Source: Eledone cirrhosa
Lineage: Eukaryota
Assembly (NCBI GenBank): GCA_964016885.1
Contig: OZ024751.1
Coordinates: 53,754,001-53,818,000, forward strand
Direction: 5' to 3'
DNA: 64,000 nt
Position numbers and translations under genes: made by a program
Part shown: positions 12,531 to 24,200 of the stretch, piece by piece
Layout: every line of letters starts with the position of its first letter
Numbering within the stretch: position 1 is the first letter of the stretch
Notes under the pieces: generated by a model
Told to the model about the DNA's origin: nothing
What the model saw: the letters and a program-made list of their open reading frames with translations, nothing else
The model's database searches: none

Positions 12531-14861
12531 TCATTTTTTCGTGTTCAGTAGTGGTTTAAATTTTTCAATGAAGAATTCTTCTTTATATCTGCGGAAATGT
12601 TCGTTATCCGACCATATCTTGAAGAAAGGGAAGATTGTGAATTTTCCCTTCCCGCATGATGCAAAGTGTGCGCTACATGTGGTATTTCTGACTGTGGGGT
12701 CTTTAATCTGTTGTTTATGTACCCGGACGCTATCATGTAATCCCGTTCCGGTTTCCCCAATGTAATACTCTTTATACTGTGGACATGTTGCGCAATATAT
12801 TAGGTTTTTCGTTTTGCAGTTCATGTTAGCATTGACCTTGAAATTATCATGGTTTTTGAAGGACAACTGTTTGCCCTCTTCGATGAGTTCACAGGTTCCA
12901 CATCTAGGGTCCCCGCATTTCGTCACTTGCATTGATTCCATGTTGGTCGTAAATTTTGCCTTGGTAATTAGTTTTTTAAGGTTGGGTGCTTGGCGTCTGC
13001 TATAAATTATCTGTGTGTTTTTTAAGAGTGCATTCATTTTGGTAGATTGCTGTAGAATCGGGAGATACTGCTTAGCAGTTTTCACAATGTTGATGTTCCC
13101 TGGGTTGTGAGTGATGATAAAAGAGATAGCAGGGTTTTCTTTTTTATGTTGTGGGTTTGGTTTTCTCAGTGTTGTTATTGGGATGTTCTTAGCCTTGGAG
13201 ATGGCTGCGTTGATGAGTTTCATCGGGTATTCTTGTTTTTTAAGGAATTTTTTCAGGTCACATAATCTTTTTTCTTGTAGTACGGGGTATGTTGCTATAG
13301 TGCAGATGCGCCTTGCCATGTTGAAGGGAATGTTCCTTTTCGTATGTGAGGGGTGTGCTGACCGGAAATTTAAGTATTGGTGTGTGTCAGTGGGTTTGCA
13401 AAATAGGTCCGTTATGATATTTTCCCCTTCTTTAATGATGAGGATATCTAGCAAGGGCAGTTCCTTTTCGTTACATTCCATAGTGAATTGTATAGCTTCA
13501 TGAAGCCTGTTTAGGATCGAATAAAATTTTTGTAGGTCTGTTTGGCTTCTGTTCCAGAAGATGAAGCAGTCATCTAGGTAACGTTTCCAGTTTTTATTAA
13601 TGTAGAAGGCGAAGTCGTGACTGAATGTTATCTGTAGTTGGGAATATAGTTTTGCCTCTAAGTGACCCATAACGAGCGTTGCATATGTAGGGGCCACTTT
13701 GGTACCCATGGCTGTTCCTTTTATTTGTAGATAAAGTTCGTTGTCAAAGAGGAAGTGGTTGTTTTCCAATACTAATTTAAGTCCTTCCAAGATGAATTCT
13801 TTGGGGAATCTTTCTGAAATGTGACTTGAGTGTTTTGTAATCCAGAAGTCCACAGCTTCAATCCCTAGGTCGTGTGGGATGTTAGTGTACAGGCTTATTA
13901 CATCAAAACTGACTAGGATTGTATCCTGGTGTACTTTTTGGGGGATATAGTTAAGGAATTCCATATCATCTCTGATGTAGCTTGGAACTTTTTTACATAG
14001 GGGTTTGAGTATGATGTCTAATAGGTTGCTTAGACGTTGTGTGCTTGAGGCTGGGCCAGCAATAATGGGGCGTAATTTTAAGTCTGTCGGTTTTGGTGCT
14101 TCGATGTATGATGTATTTTTCCCTTTTATGTTGTTTTGGATTTCTATGGATTTGTGAATTTTTGGTAATCCATAGAAATTGCTGGTTTTCATTTTGAAGT
14201 TGGTTAGGTAATCTACTTCTTTTGGTGTTAGGTTGTTTTGGTACTTTGTTGTTAGTTTGCCTATTTGGTTCCTCGATTTCCTTTCTTCGTTTTTAGTGAT
14301 TTTCCTGTAGAAGTTTTCGTCATTTAAGTGTGCTAGGACCATATCTTTGTAGTGGTTTGTGTCCATGATGACGATTGCTCCACCTTTGTCCGCTTCTTTT
14401 ATTATTATTGAGGAATCTCTTTGTAGCTTGTTCAATGCTAGTAGTTGGTCTGTAGGGATGTTGCATTTGTGTTTCGTCTCGGCCGTATTTGTACGTGCTG
14501 ATCGGCGAAGGCAGGTTATGTATTCCTCCAGGTATTTATCTCTATTTAGCGGGGGTGTGAAGTTCTTTTTGTTTTTCACCAGTGATTCTTCCTCGTATTG
14601 TACACCCTGGAAGAATTCTCCTAAGCGTAATTTTCGACAGTATTCTTCTGTGTCTTTTATAACATCGGCTGTATCTGCTTTCGGAGTGGGAGTGAACTTC
14701 AGTCCATTTTCTAACAGTTGTATTTCTGGTTGTGTTAATTTCTTGGCTGATATATTGATTATTTTTGGTTCGATTGGTTCTTTCTCGTCAGGTGCCACTT
14801 GAAAGGTGGTGCTTTTTTCTTTTTTTCTTTCATTTGGTGCGAGGCCCCTAGTCCTAAAAAA
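12531..14861 (-). CDS. PLE ORF2: reverse transcriptase plus C-terminal GIY-YIG endonuclease
   Basis: Motifs [42 protein letters not shown], CxxxxCxxC and NLIY..YIGET. The track start at 14798 is a GTG; the frame stays open upstream through the slippery site at 14855-14861. Confidence 0.93.
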   Translation of the reverse strand, partial: FFRTRGLAPNERKKEKSTTFQVAPDEKEPIEPKIINISAKKLTQPEIQLLENGLKFTPTPKADTADVIKDTEEYCRKLRLGEFFQGVQYEEESLVKNKKNFTPPLNRDKYLEEYITCLRRSARTNTAETKHKCNIPTDQLLALNKLQRDSSIIIKEADKGGAIVIMDTNHYKDMVLAHLNDENFYRKITKNEERKSRNQIGKLTTKYQNNLTPKEVDYLTNFKMKTSNFYGLPKIHKSIEIQNNIKGKNTSYIEAPKPTDLKLRPIIAGPASSTQRLSNLLDIILKPLCKKVPSYIRDDMEFLNYIPQKVHQDTILVSFDVISLYTNIPHDLGIEAVDFWITKHSSHISERFPKEFILEGLKLVLENNHFLFDNELYLQIKGTAMGTKVAPTYATLVMGHLEAKLYSQLQITFSHDFAFYINKNWKRYLDDCFIFWNRSQTDLQKFYSILNRLHEAIQFTMECNEKELPLLDILIIKEGENIITDLFCKPTDTHQYLNFRSAHPSHTKRNIPFNMARRICTIATYPVLQEKRLCDLKKFLKKQEYPMKLINAAISKAKNIPITTLRKPNPQHKKENPAISFIITHNPGNINIVKTAKQYLPILQQSTKMNALLKNTQIIYSRRQAPNLKKLITKAKFTTNMESMQVTKCGDPRCGTCELIEEGKQLSFKNHDNFKVNANMNCKTKNLIYCATCPQYKEYYIGETGTGLHDSVRVHKQQIKDPTVRNTTCSAHFASCGKGKFTIFPFFKIWSDNEHFRRYKEEFFIEKFKPLLNTKK

Positions 14862-15973
14862 TGGGTGCCATTTGGGATAGGGGTATTTCTGTTGTGGTGA
14901 AACCTTTGGCCCGCCGGAACTTCATGTCGGTAACTGGTTGGGCGATAGACTCTTGCGTAGCCGTTGCTGTATGGGGGTCTGGTTCTTCTGTTGATTCGTT
15001 CAGTATTCATGTGTCTTTGATTTTGTCTCCGGTGATTGTTCTTGGTGTTATGGCAGTGGTTGTATCTGGTTCTGGTGTTGAGTATTGGGTCTGTATGTAG
15101 TTGTGTGTTTGGGGTTACCCAATATCTGGTTGTTGTTGGTTTATTGTGTGTGGGTGCTTCATTTCTTGTGTTGTTGTATTTTCCTGAGTTCTGGGGTTTC
15201 CTATGGGTTTGTTTTCTGGGTTTTATTTGGTCTTTCCCATAGTTATCTTCATATTCTTGAAGCCATTGAGTTCTTGACTCCAAGATTTTCTTTGATTTTA
15301 ACTCTTCTCTAGTTGTATCTGTCTGCCATAGGTTAAGGAGTTTTTCACGTACATTGCCGCTGCTTCTTTTGTTTATTTCCTCTTGGATGGTGGTGTCGCA
15401 TTTTTCAAATTTCTCTTTGAATTTTGGCACTCTTAGGCGGAGTAGGGTGATTTCGGTCTCAAGTGTTTGGAGTGCTAGATTTAGTCTTGTTGCAGTTTCT
15501 TCCTTTGATTCCGATGGTATTTCTTTAATTCGGAATTTTCTCGGGAGGATAACTGGTTCCTTGCTACGCCATATTTCGTATGTGTCTGCTAGGTTTTCAC
15601 TCCTCAAGCCTTTCCAGTATGCCTGTTTCCTTTGATTTAATAATGGGTTCCAAATGTTTTTCATTTGGTTTCTTTTTCTGTAGGCTTCTTTTACTAGGTT
15701 CAGTTCATTCCATTCTTTGAATACATTATTGGTGATGGAGTTCTGTTCATGTGTAGCTATTTCAGGAGAAAAGGTTTGTTCTTGTTTTTGCCGGTCTGTA
15801 ATTAGTGAATCAAGTTTTTCCCTATAGCTGCGTGTTTGTTGTTCCATTTCTTGTACGGCATTCGTAAGGGAATCATATTTATCTATTATTATGGTGAGTT
15901 TTTCTGATATTTCCTGTAGTAGTGTATCCGATTTGAGGGATTCAGTAGAGGATTTTGAACGTGTGTTAGCCAT
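14759..15973 (-). CDS. PLE ORF1: 404-aa predicted coiled-coil protein with basic N/R-rich C-terminus
   Basis: Uninterrupted ATG-initiated ORF just downstream of the 5' pLTR, rich in E/K/L/Q heptad-like segments, overlapping ORF2 in the -1 frame. Confidence 0.8.
   Translation of the reverse strand: MANTRSKSSTESLKSDTLLQEISEKLTIIIDKYDSLTNAVQEMEQQTRSYREKLDSLITDRQKQEQTFSPEIATHEQNSITNNVFKEWNELNLVKEAYRKRNQMKNIWNPLLNQRKQAYWKGLRSENLADTYEIWRSKEPVILPRKFRIKEIPSESKEETATRLNLALQTLETEITLLRLRVPKFKEKFEKCDTTIQEEINKRSSGNVREKLLNLWQTDTTREELKSKKILESRTQWLQEYEDNYGKDQIKPRKQTHRKPQNSGKYNNTRNEAPTHNKPTTTRYWVTPNTQLHTDPILNTRTRYNHCHNTKNNHRRQNQRHMNTERINRRTRPPYSNGYARVYRPTSYRHEVPAGQRFHHNRNTPIPNGTHFLGLGASHQMKEKKKKAPPFKWHLTRKNQSNQK
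14855..14861 (-). promoter_or_regulatory. Putative -1 programmed ribosomal frameshift heptamer U UUU UUA
   Basis: ORF1 reads caT TTT TTA gga (H-F-L-G), giving correct X XXY YYZ phase. The -1 frame runs without a stop into the RT ORF. Confidence 0.7.
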
Positions 15974-16158
15974 TCTGTCTTGTACAAGGGGATAGAATAT
16001 TGGAAATGTGTGTAATCCTTGGTACAGTTAGGTATATTAAGACAGGGAGGAAGAAAAAATGGCTTCACTTGTGCTTTCAACAAATTTATTTTCTTCACAA
16101 AATCCAAAAAGAATTTTTCTTAAAAAATTATTTTATAAATTAAGTTGTTGGTTGTATA

Positions 16159-16189
<31 letters not shown>

Positions 16190-16712
16190 GGATAGATATG
16201 TATGTTTATGTGTGTGTGTATGTATGTGTATGTACCTATATATATGTGTGTGTGTGTGTATGTGCATATATGTATATATGTGTGTACATATGTGTATGTT
16301 TCTGTTTGTGTATATGTATGTATGTATGTAGATCTATGTGTATATATATGTATATATATGTATATATACGTGTATGTGTATATGTGTCTTTATGTGCTCG
16401 TGTGTACGCACATATATATATATGTATATATGTATGTGTGTATGTATGTGTGTGTATGTGTATATATATGTATATATGTGTGTATGTATATATGTGTATA
16501 TATATATATATATTTATATGTATGTATGTACATGTATGTGTATGTATGTATGTACTTGTATGTGTATGTGTATGTATGTGTATATATATATATATATGTG
16601 TATATGTATGTGTATATATATGTATATGGATATATATGTATGTGTATATATATGTGTATATGTGTGTATGTGTCTGTATGTGTTTATGTGTACATATATG
16701 TATGTGTATATG

Positions 16713-16795
<83 letters not shown>

Positions 16796-16908
16796 GTGTG
16801 TGTGTATGCCTCTCTCTTTATATGAGTATATATATATAGAAGTATGTGTGTATGTGTGTGTGTGTATGCATGTATGTGTGAACGGAGGGGTATATATACG
16901 GACATATG

Positions 16909-16941
<33 letters not shown>

Positions 16942-17829
16942 ATACACGTGCGTGTGTGTGTGTGTATGTGTGCGTGTATGTGTATATATGTATATTTAGT
17001 TATGTATCTTTATGTGTGTATATGTATGTATATGTATGTATGTGGATGTATTTGTGCATGGGTGTGTGATTGATGGTGTGTGCATATATATTCCTACATA
17101 TGCCCGTGTGTGTCTGTACGTATATGCACACATATGTGTGTGTTGAACAAAGGACTAACTTTGGGATGGACGCAGAAAAATTCTTCGGGAAAAAAAAAGA
17201 AAAAGATAATTATTCACAAACTTGACAGGTGCGATTTGCCTGTGACCATTCTCAACACAAAAGCAATACTAAAAGCTTTTTCCCTTGAATAAAGGAATTT
17301 TTCGAGAATGACCGGGGCAGGCCGCACTTGCTACATTTCTCCCCACCCAACCCTACCCACCGTCTCAACTCATTACTGCTATGAACACTTTTTCAACACA
17401 CCTACACCCATGCACTTATTAAAGGGGGAGAAAAGAAACCCCCACCACACCACAGACATATTAAATCCCTATATATAGAACAACAGATCACATACACATC
17501 AGTTTGACAAGCGCACCTCAGCGTGAAAGGTCTTTCTAAAAACGAAACAATACCTCCTACGTTAACCAAGAACTCCTAAGACCTAACCAACAACCAACAA
17601 CTTAATTTATAAAATAATTTTTTTAAGAAAAATTCTTTTTGGATTTTGTGAAGAAAATAAATTTGTTGAAAGCACAAGTGAAGCCATTTTTTCTTCCCCC
17701 TGTCTTTATATATATATATATATACATATATATACGTATATATACACATATATATATATACATATATATATACATATATATATACATATATATATACATA
17801 TATATACATATATATATACATATATATAC

Positions 17830-17884
<55 letters not shown>

Positions 17885-18196
17885 ATAAACATTTGTCGTA
17901 CTGCCTCTCTGTTCTGTCCCTGTTCAATTTTCTATTATATATATATATACATATATATACATATATATATATACATATATACACATATATATATACATAT
18001 ATATACATATATACATATATATACATATATATATACATATATATACATATATACATATATATACATGTATACATATATATTCATATATATATACATATAT
18101 ATACATATATACATATATATACATATTTATATACATATATATACATATAAAATATATATATACATATAAACATATATATACATATATACATATATA

Positions 18197-19360
18197 TTTC
18201 GTTTCTGAATTTGTTTAGCAAGATTCTTTATCTGAAATCGTGTGTTGAAACCGATATTGTTATACTTTGGGAGGGTCATGTTGCCAATAAGAAACACACG
18301 CACCAGTTGCTTTCACTTCAATTTATTATATATTTATAAATTTATAAATTTACAAATTTACAAACTTATAAATTTCTGGTTGGTTGGTTGGTTCCACAAC
18401 CAGATAGTTGTTTATATATATAGTCATAGTCCTTTCGTCACACACTCTGTGACCTCTTCAGTGACTGGGGATTCCTTTCTTTGTTTCTGTGCCTTTCCTT
18501 TCTTCTATCCTACGCCATTTTGTTTCTGTGTGTGTGTTGTGTGCTCAGTTTGTGCATGCGCCACATCCGGGTGTCTGTGTGTGTTTGTGTTCATTTATCT
18601 ATTTGTTTATTTATTTATTTATTTATTTATTTATTGTTGGTTGGTTGTTTGTTCTATGTGTGTGTGTGTTTTCATTTTGTCCTTAATTGTAAGTTGTTTG
18701 TTCTATGTGTGTGTGTGTTTTCATTTTGTCCTGTGTGTGTTTTCATTTTGTCCTTAATTGTAAGTTGTGATGTTGCTGTTCCACTCATATTTTCTATTTA
18801 ATTTTGGTTGTAATTCTTTTATGCTTACTGCCTCTGTAATTTGCCTAAACATTGCGTCTTTTCTGTGTGTGGATTCTATTTTTATTTCTATGTTCTCTAA
18901 TCTACCCCTGTGTTCTATCTTAGCATGTTGGTAGAGCACAGATGATTCTTTATTATCTTGGAGGTCTCGCCAGTGTTCATTTATTCGTTCCCCTATACTA
19001 CGAGCTGTCTCACCTATGTACACTATATTTTTGTTTCTACATTGTCCTTCAGTACATCTTATGCTATACACTACATTTCTAGTTTTACAGTTAATATGGG
19101 AGCTTATTTTACAGGTTATACATTTCTTATCTATACATGAGGGTCTTTGGAACGGGTATGTCTTGCTAATAAGTGTTTTTACGGAGGTACCTGGTCTTTC
19201 TACTATCTTAATATTGAGATTATGTTTATTTAGGGCCCTTCTAAATGTGTAGGCTAGTTCGCCTCTAGGGGTTGTATTGATGAACATTACACTCTGGTAT
19301 TTATTGCTATCATACCATGAGTTTATTCTATTGGCCTTGTTCCTAGTTCTTTCTATTCTA
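18197..19360 (-). mobile_element. 5'-truncated PLE (Nematis-like) with GIY-YIG domain and 3' pLTR
   Basis: ORF portion 18754-19360 encodes [56 protein letters not shown]. Downstream hammerhead. Clade assigned from recalled motifs only. Confidence 0.88.
18422..18466 (-). ncRNA. Type I hammerhead ribozyme in PLE 3' pLTR
   Basis: Minus strand: agtca-CTGAAGA-ggtcaca-gagtg-tgtgac-GAAA-ggac-TA-tgact. Perfect stems I and II. Confidence 0.88.
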
Positions 19361-19465
19361 TATATGTATATATATATATATGTATATATATATATGTATA
19401 TATATATATATGTATATATATATGTATATATATATATATATGTATATATATGTATATATATATGT

Positions 19466-19497
<32 letters not shown>

Positions 19498-19558
19498 GTA
19501 TATATATGTATATATATATGTATATATATGTAGATATATATGTAGATATATGTAGATA

Positions 19559-19601
<43 letters not shown>

Positions 19602-19910
19602 GTATATATATATGTATATATATGTATATATATATATATATATGTATATATATGTATATATATATATGTATATATATGTATATATATATGTATATATATG
19701 TATATATATATGTATATATATGTAGATATATATGTATATATATGTATATATATGTATATATATATGTATATATATGTATATATATATGTATATATATGTA
19801 TATATATATGTATATATATATATGTATATATATGTATATATATATGTATATATATGTATATATATGTATATATATATGTATATATATGTATATATATATG
19901 TATATATATG

Positions 19911-19949
<39 letters not shown>

Positions 19950-19977
19950 GTATTATGTATATATATATGTATATATG

Positions 19978-20011
<34 letters not shown>

Positions 20012-20221
20012 TGTAGATATATGTATATATGTATATATATGTGTATATATATGTGTATATATATGTGTATAATATGTATATATATGTATATATATGTATA
20101 TATATGTATATATATGTACATATATATGTATATATATGTATATATATATATGTATATATATGTATATTATATGTATATATGTATATATATATGTATATAT
20201 ATATATGTATATATATATATG

Positions 20222-20286
<65 letters not shown>

Positions 20287-20287
20287 G

Positions 20288-20318
<31 letters not shown>

Positions 20319-20355
20319 GTATATATATATGTATATATATGTATATATATATATA

Positions 20356-21056
20356 TGGTATAACCCCGAATACAATAGCTCCATTAGTACAAATTTACCA
20401 GTACTCTTCTTTAAAATAATTAAAAGACATTTTCCCACATCACACAAATACCACAAAATCCTAAACCCTACCACTATAAGACTGTCATACTCTACAGCGT
20501 TAAACCTTGAACAACACATAAAAAAGATCAATACTAGAAGGTTAAACGAAAACACCAAGAACTTAAGTACAAAGAACACAAAAAAAAACAGTAGACAATA
20601 CACTACAGAACATAAATAAACCACACCTAAGTTCGTCCGCAATACTACTCCAGAGAAAACCCAACGTACACAACTGTAACTGCACCTATCCTGACAACTG
20701 CCTCCTCGGCAATAACTGCCTGGAAAAAAATATTATTTATAAGTGTACCATTAAATCCGGAGGCAACGAGTGGTATTACGTGGGATCAACGGCAACATCG
20801 TTTAAATCTCGATTGTATAGGCATTCTTACTCAATAAAACACCAGAGCCAAAGAAATGTAACAACTTTAGCAGAAAAAGCTTGGACGCTCAGGGATAGCG
20901 ACCAAAAGTTTACCCTAAAATGGGAAAAATTAGCTAAAACCCAAAGCTTTTCCAGGAGCCAAAATTTCTGCAAATTGTGTAATCTTGAGATTTATTACAT
21001 AATCACACACAAGAAGAAACTGCTGAATAACAGAATTGAACGAACATTATTCTGCC
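20356..21056 (+). pseudogene. PLE fragment (Hydra-like lineage): linker plus GIY-YIG endonuclease, disrupted
   Basis: [24 protein letters not shown], then after a break [46 protein letters not shown]. Runs into the gap. Confidence 0.8.
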
Positions 21057-21256
21057 NNNNNNNNNNNNNNNNNNNNNNNNNNNNNNNNNNNNNNNNNNNN
21101 NNNNNNNNNNNNNNNNNNNNNNNNNNNNNNNNNNNNNNNNNNNNNNNNNNNNNNNNNNNNNNNNNNNNNNNNNNNNNNNNNNNNNNNNNNNNNNNNNNNN
21201 NNNNNNNNNNNNNNNNNNNNNNNNNNNNNNNNNNNNNNNNNNNNNNNNNNNNNNNN
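21057..21256. other. Assembly gap (200 N)
   Basis: Run of N. Confidence 1.
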
Positions 21257-24200
21257 TATGTTGAGGTAGTGACTGTATGTGTATGTTGTGGTAGTGACTG
21301 TATGTGTATGTTGTGGTAGTCACACTATGTGTATGTTGTGGTAGTGACTGTATGTGTATGTTGTGGTAGTGACTGTATGTGTATGTTGAGGTAGTCACAC
21401 TATGTGTATGTTGTGGTAGTGACTGTATGTGTATGTTGTGGTAGTGACTGTATGTGTATGTTGTGGTAGTGACTGTATGTGTATGTTGAGGTAGTGACTG
21501 TATGTGTATGTTGTGGTAGTGATTGTATGTGTATGTTGTGGTAGTGACTGTATGTGTATGTTGTGGTAGTGACTGTATGTGTATGTTGTGGTAGTGACTG
21601 TATGTGTATGTTGTGGTAGTCACACTATGTGTATGTTGTGGTAGTGACTGTATGTGTATGTTGTGGTAGTGACTGTATGTGTATGTTGAGGTAGTCACAC
21701 TATGTGTATGTTGTGGTAGTGACTGTATGTGTATGTTGTGGTAGTGACTGTATGTGTATGTTGTGGTAGTGACTGTATGTGTATGTTGAGTTAGTCACAC
21801 TATGTGTATGTTGTGGTAGTGACTGTATGTGTATGTTGTGGTAGTGACTGTATGTGTATGTTGTGGTAGTGACTGTATGTGTATGTTGTGGTAGTCACAC
21901 TATGTGTATGTTGTGGTAGTGACTGTATGTGTATGTTGTGGTAGTGACTGTATGTGTATGTTGAGGTAGTCACACTATGTTTATGTTGTGGTAGTGACTG
22001 TATGTGTATGTTGTGGTAGTGACTGTATGTGTATGTTGTGGTAGTGACTGTATGTGTATGTTGTGGTAGTCACACTATGTGTATGTTGTGGTAGTGACTG
22101 TATGTGTATGTTGTGGTAGTGACTGTATGTGTATGTTGAGGTAGTGACACTATGTGTATGTTGTGGTAGTGACTGTATGTGTATGTTGTGGTAGTCACAC
22201 TATGTGTATGTTGTGGTAGTGACTGTATGTGTATGTTGTGGTAGTGACTGTATGTGTATGTTGTGGTAGTCACACTATGTGTATGTTGTGGTAGTGACTG
22301 TATGTGTATGTTGTGGTAGTCACACTATGTGTATGTTGTGGTAGTGACTGTATGTTGAGGTAGTGACTGTATGTGTATGTTGAGGTAGTGACTGTATGTG
22401 TATGTTGTGGTAGTGACTGTATGTGTATGTTGTGGTAGTGACTGTATGTGTATGTTGTGGTAGTGACTGTATGTGTATGTTGTGGTAGTCACACTATGTG
22501 TATGTTGTGGTAGTGACTGTATGTGTATGTTGTGGTAGTGACTGTATGTGTATGTTGAGGTAGTCACACTATGTGTATGTTGTGGTAGTGACTGTATGTG
22601 TATGTTGTGGTAGTGACTGTATGTGTATGTTGTGGTAGTGGCTGTATGTGTATGTTGAGGTAGTGACACTATGTGTATGTTGTGGTAGTGACTGTATGTG
22701 TATGTTGTGGTAGTGACTGTATGTGTATGTTGAGGTAGTCACACTATGTGTATGTTGTGGTAGTGACTGTATGTGTATGTTGTGGTAGTGACTGTATGTG
22801 TATGTTGTGGTAGTGACTGTATGTGTATGTTGAGGTAGTGACTGTATGTGTATGTTGTGGTAGTGACTGTATGTGTATGTTGTGGTAGTGACTGTATGTG
22901 TATGTTGTGGTAGTGACTGTATGTGTATGTTGTGGTAGTGACTGTATGTGTATGTTGTGGTAGTCACACTATGTGTATGTTGTGGTAGTGACTGTATGTG
23001 TATGTTGTGGTAGTGACTGTATGTGTATGTTGAGGTAGTCACACTATGTGTATGTTGTGGTAGTGACTGTATGTGTATGTTGTGGTAGTGACTGTATGTG
23101 TATGTTGTGGTAGTCACACTATGTGTATGTTGTGGTAGTGACTGTATGTGTATGTTGTGGTAGTGACTGTATGTGTATGTTGAGGTAGTGACACTATGTG
23201 TATGTTGTGGTAGTGACTGTATGTGTATGTTGTGGTAGTGACTGTATGTGTATGTTGTGGTAGTCACACTATGTGTATGTTGTGGTAGTGACTGTATGTG
23301 TATGTTGTGGTAGTGACTGTATGTGTATGTTGTGGTAGTCACACTATGTGTATGTTGTGGTAGTGACTGTATGTGTATGTTGTGGTAGTGACTGTATGTG
23401 TATGTTGTGGTAGTGACTGTATGTGTATGTTGTGGTAGTCACACTATGTGTATGTTGTGGTAGTGACTGTATGTGTATGTTGTGGTAGTGACTGTATGTG
23501 TATGTTGTGGTAGTGGCTGTATGTGTATGTTGAGGTAGTGACACTATGTGTATGTTGTGGTAGTGACTGTATGTGTATATTGTGGTAGTGACTGTATGTG
23601 TATGTTGTGGTAGTGACTGTATGTGTATGTTGTGGTAGTCACACTATGTGTATGTTGTGGTAGTGACTGTATGTGTATGTTGTGGTAGTGACTGTATGTG
23701 TATGTTGTGGTAGTCACACTATGTGTATGTTGTGGTGGTGACTGTATGTGTATGTTGTGGTAGTGACTGTATGTGTATGTTGTGGTAGTGACTGTATGTG
23801 TATGTTGAGGTAGTGACACTATGTGTATGTTGTGGTAGTGACTGTATGTGTATGTTGTGGTAGTCACACTATGTGTATGTTGTGGTAGTGACTGTATGTG
23901 TATGTTGTGGTAGTGACTGTATGTGTATGTTGTGGTAGTGACTGTATGTGTATGTTGTGGTAGTCACACTATGTGTATGTTGTGGTAGTGACTGTATGTG
24001 TATGTTGTGGTAGTGACTGTATGTGTATGTTGTGGTAGTGACTGTATGTGTATGTTGTGGTAGTCACACTATGTGTATGTTGTGGTAGTGACTGTATGTG
24101 TATGTTGTGGTAGTGACTGTATGTGTATGTTGTGGTAGTCACACTATGTGTATGTTGTGGTAGTGACTGTATGTGTATGTTGTGGTAGTGACTGTATGTG

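Larger units (their letters stand above)
10584..17707 (-). mobile_element. Near full-length Penelope-like retroelement with direct and inverted pLTRs
   Basis: ORF1 plus RT/GIY-YIG ORF2. 15997-16154 is a direct repeat of 10584-10744. ~16170-17707 is an inverted copy of ~10626-12205 that lacks the terminal ~40-bp tail. Flanked by (TA)n-type tracts. Confidence 0.93.

Noticed and set aside
12531-14798. Selenocysteine recoding, as reported for some PLEs
   Set aside because: ORF2 has no in-frame TGA.
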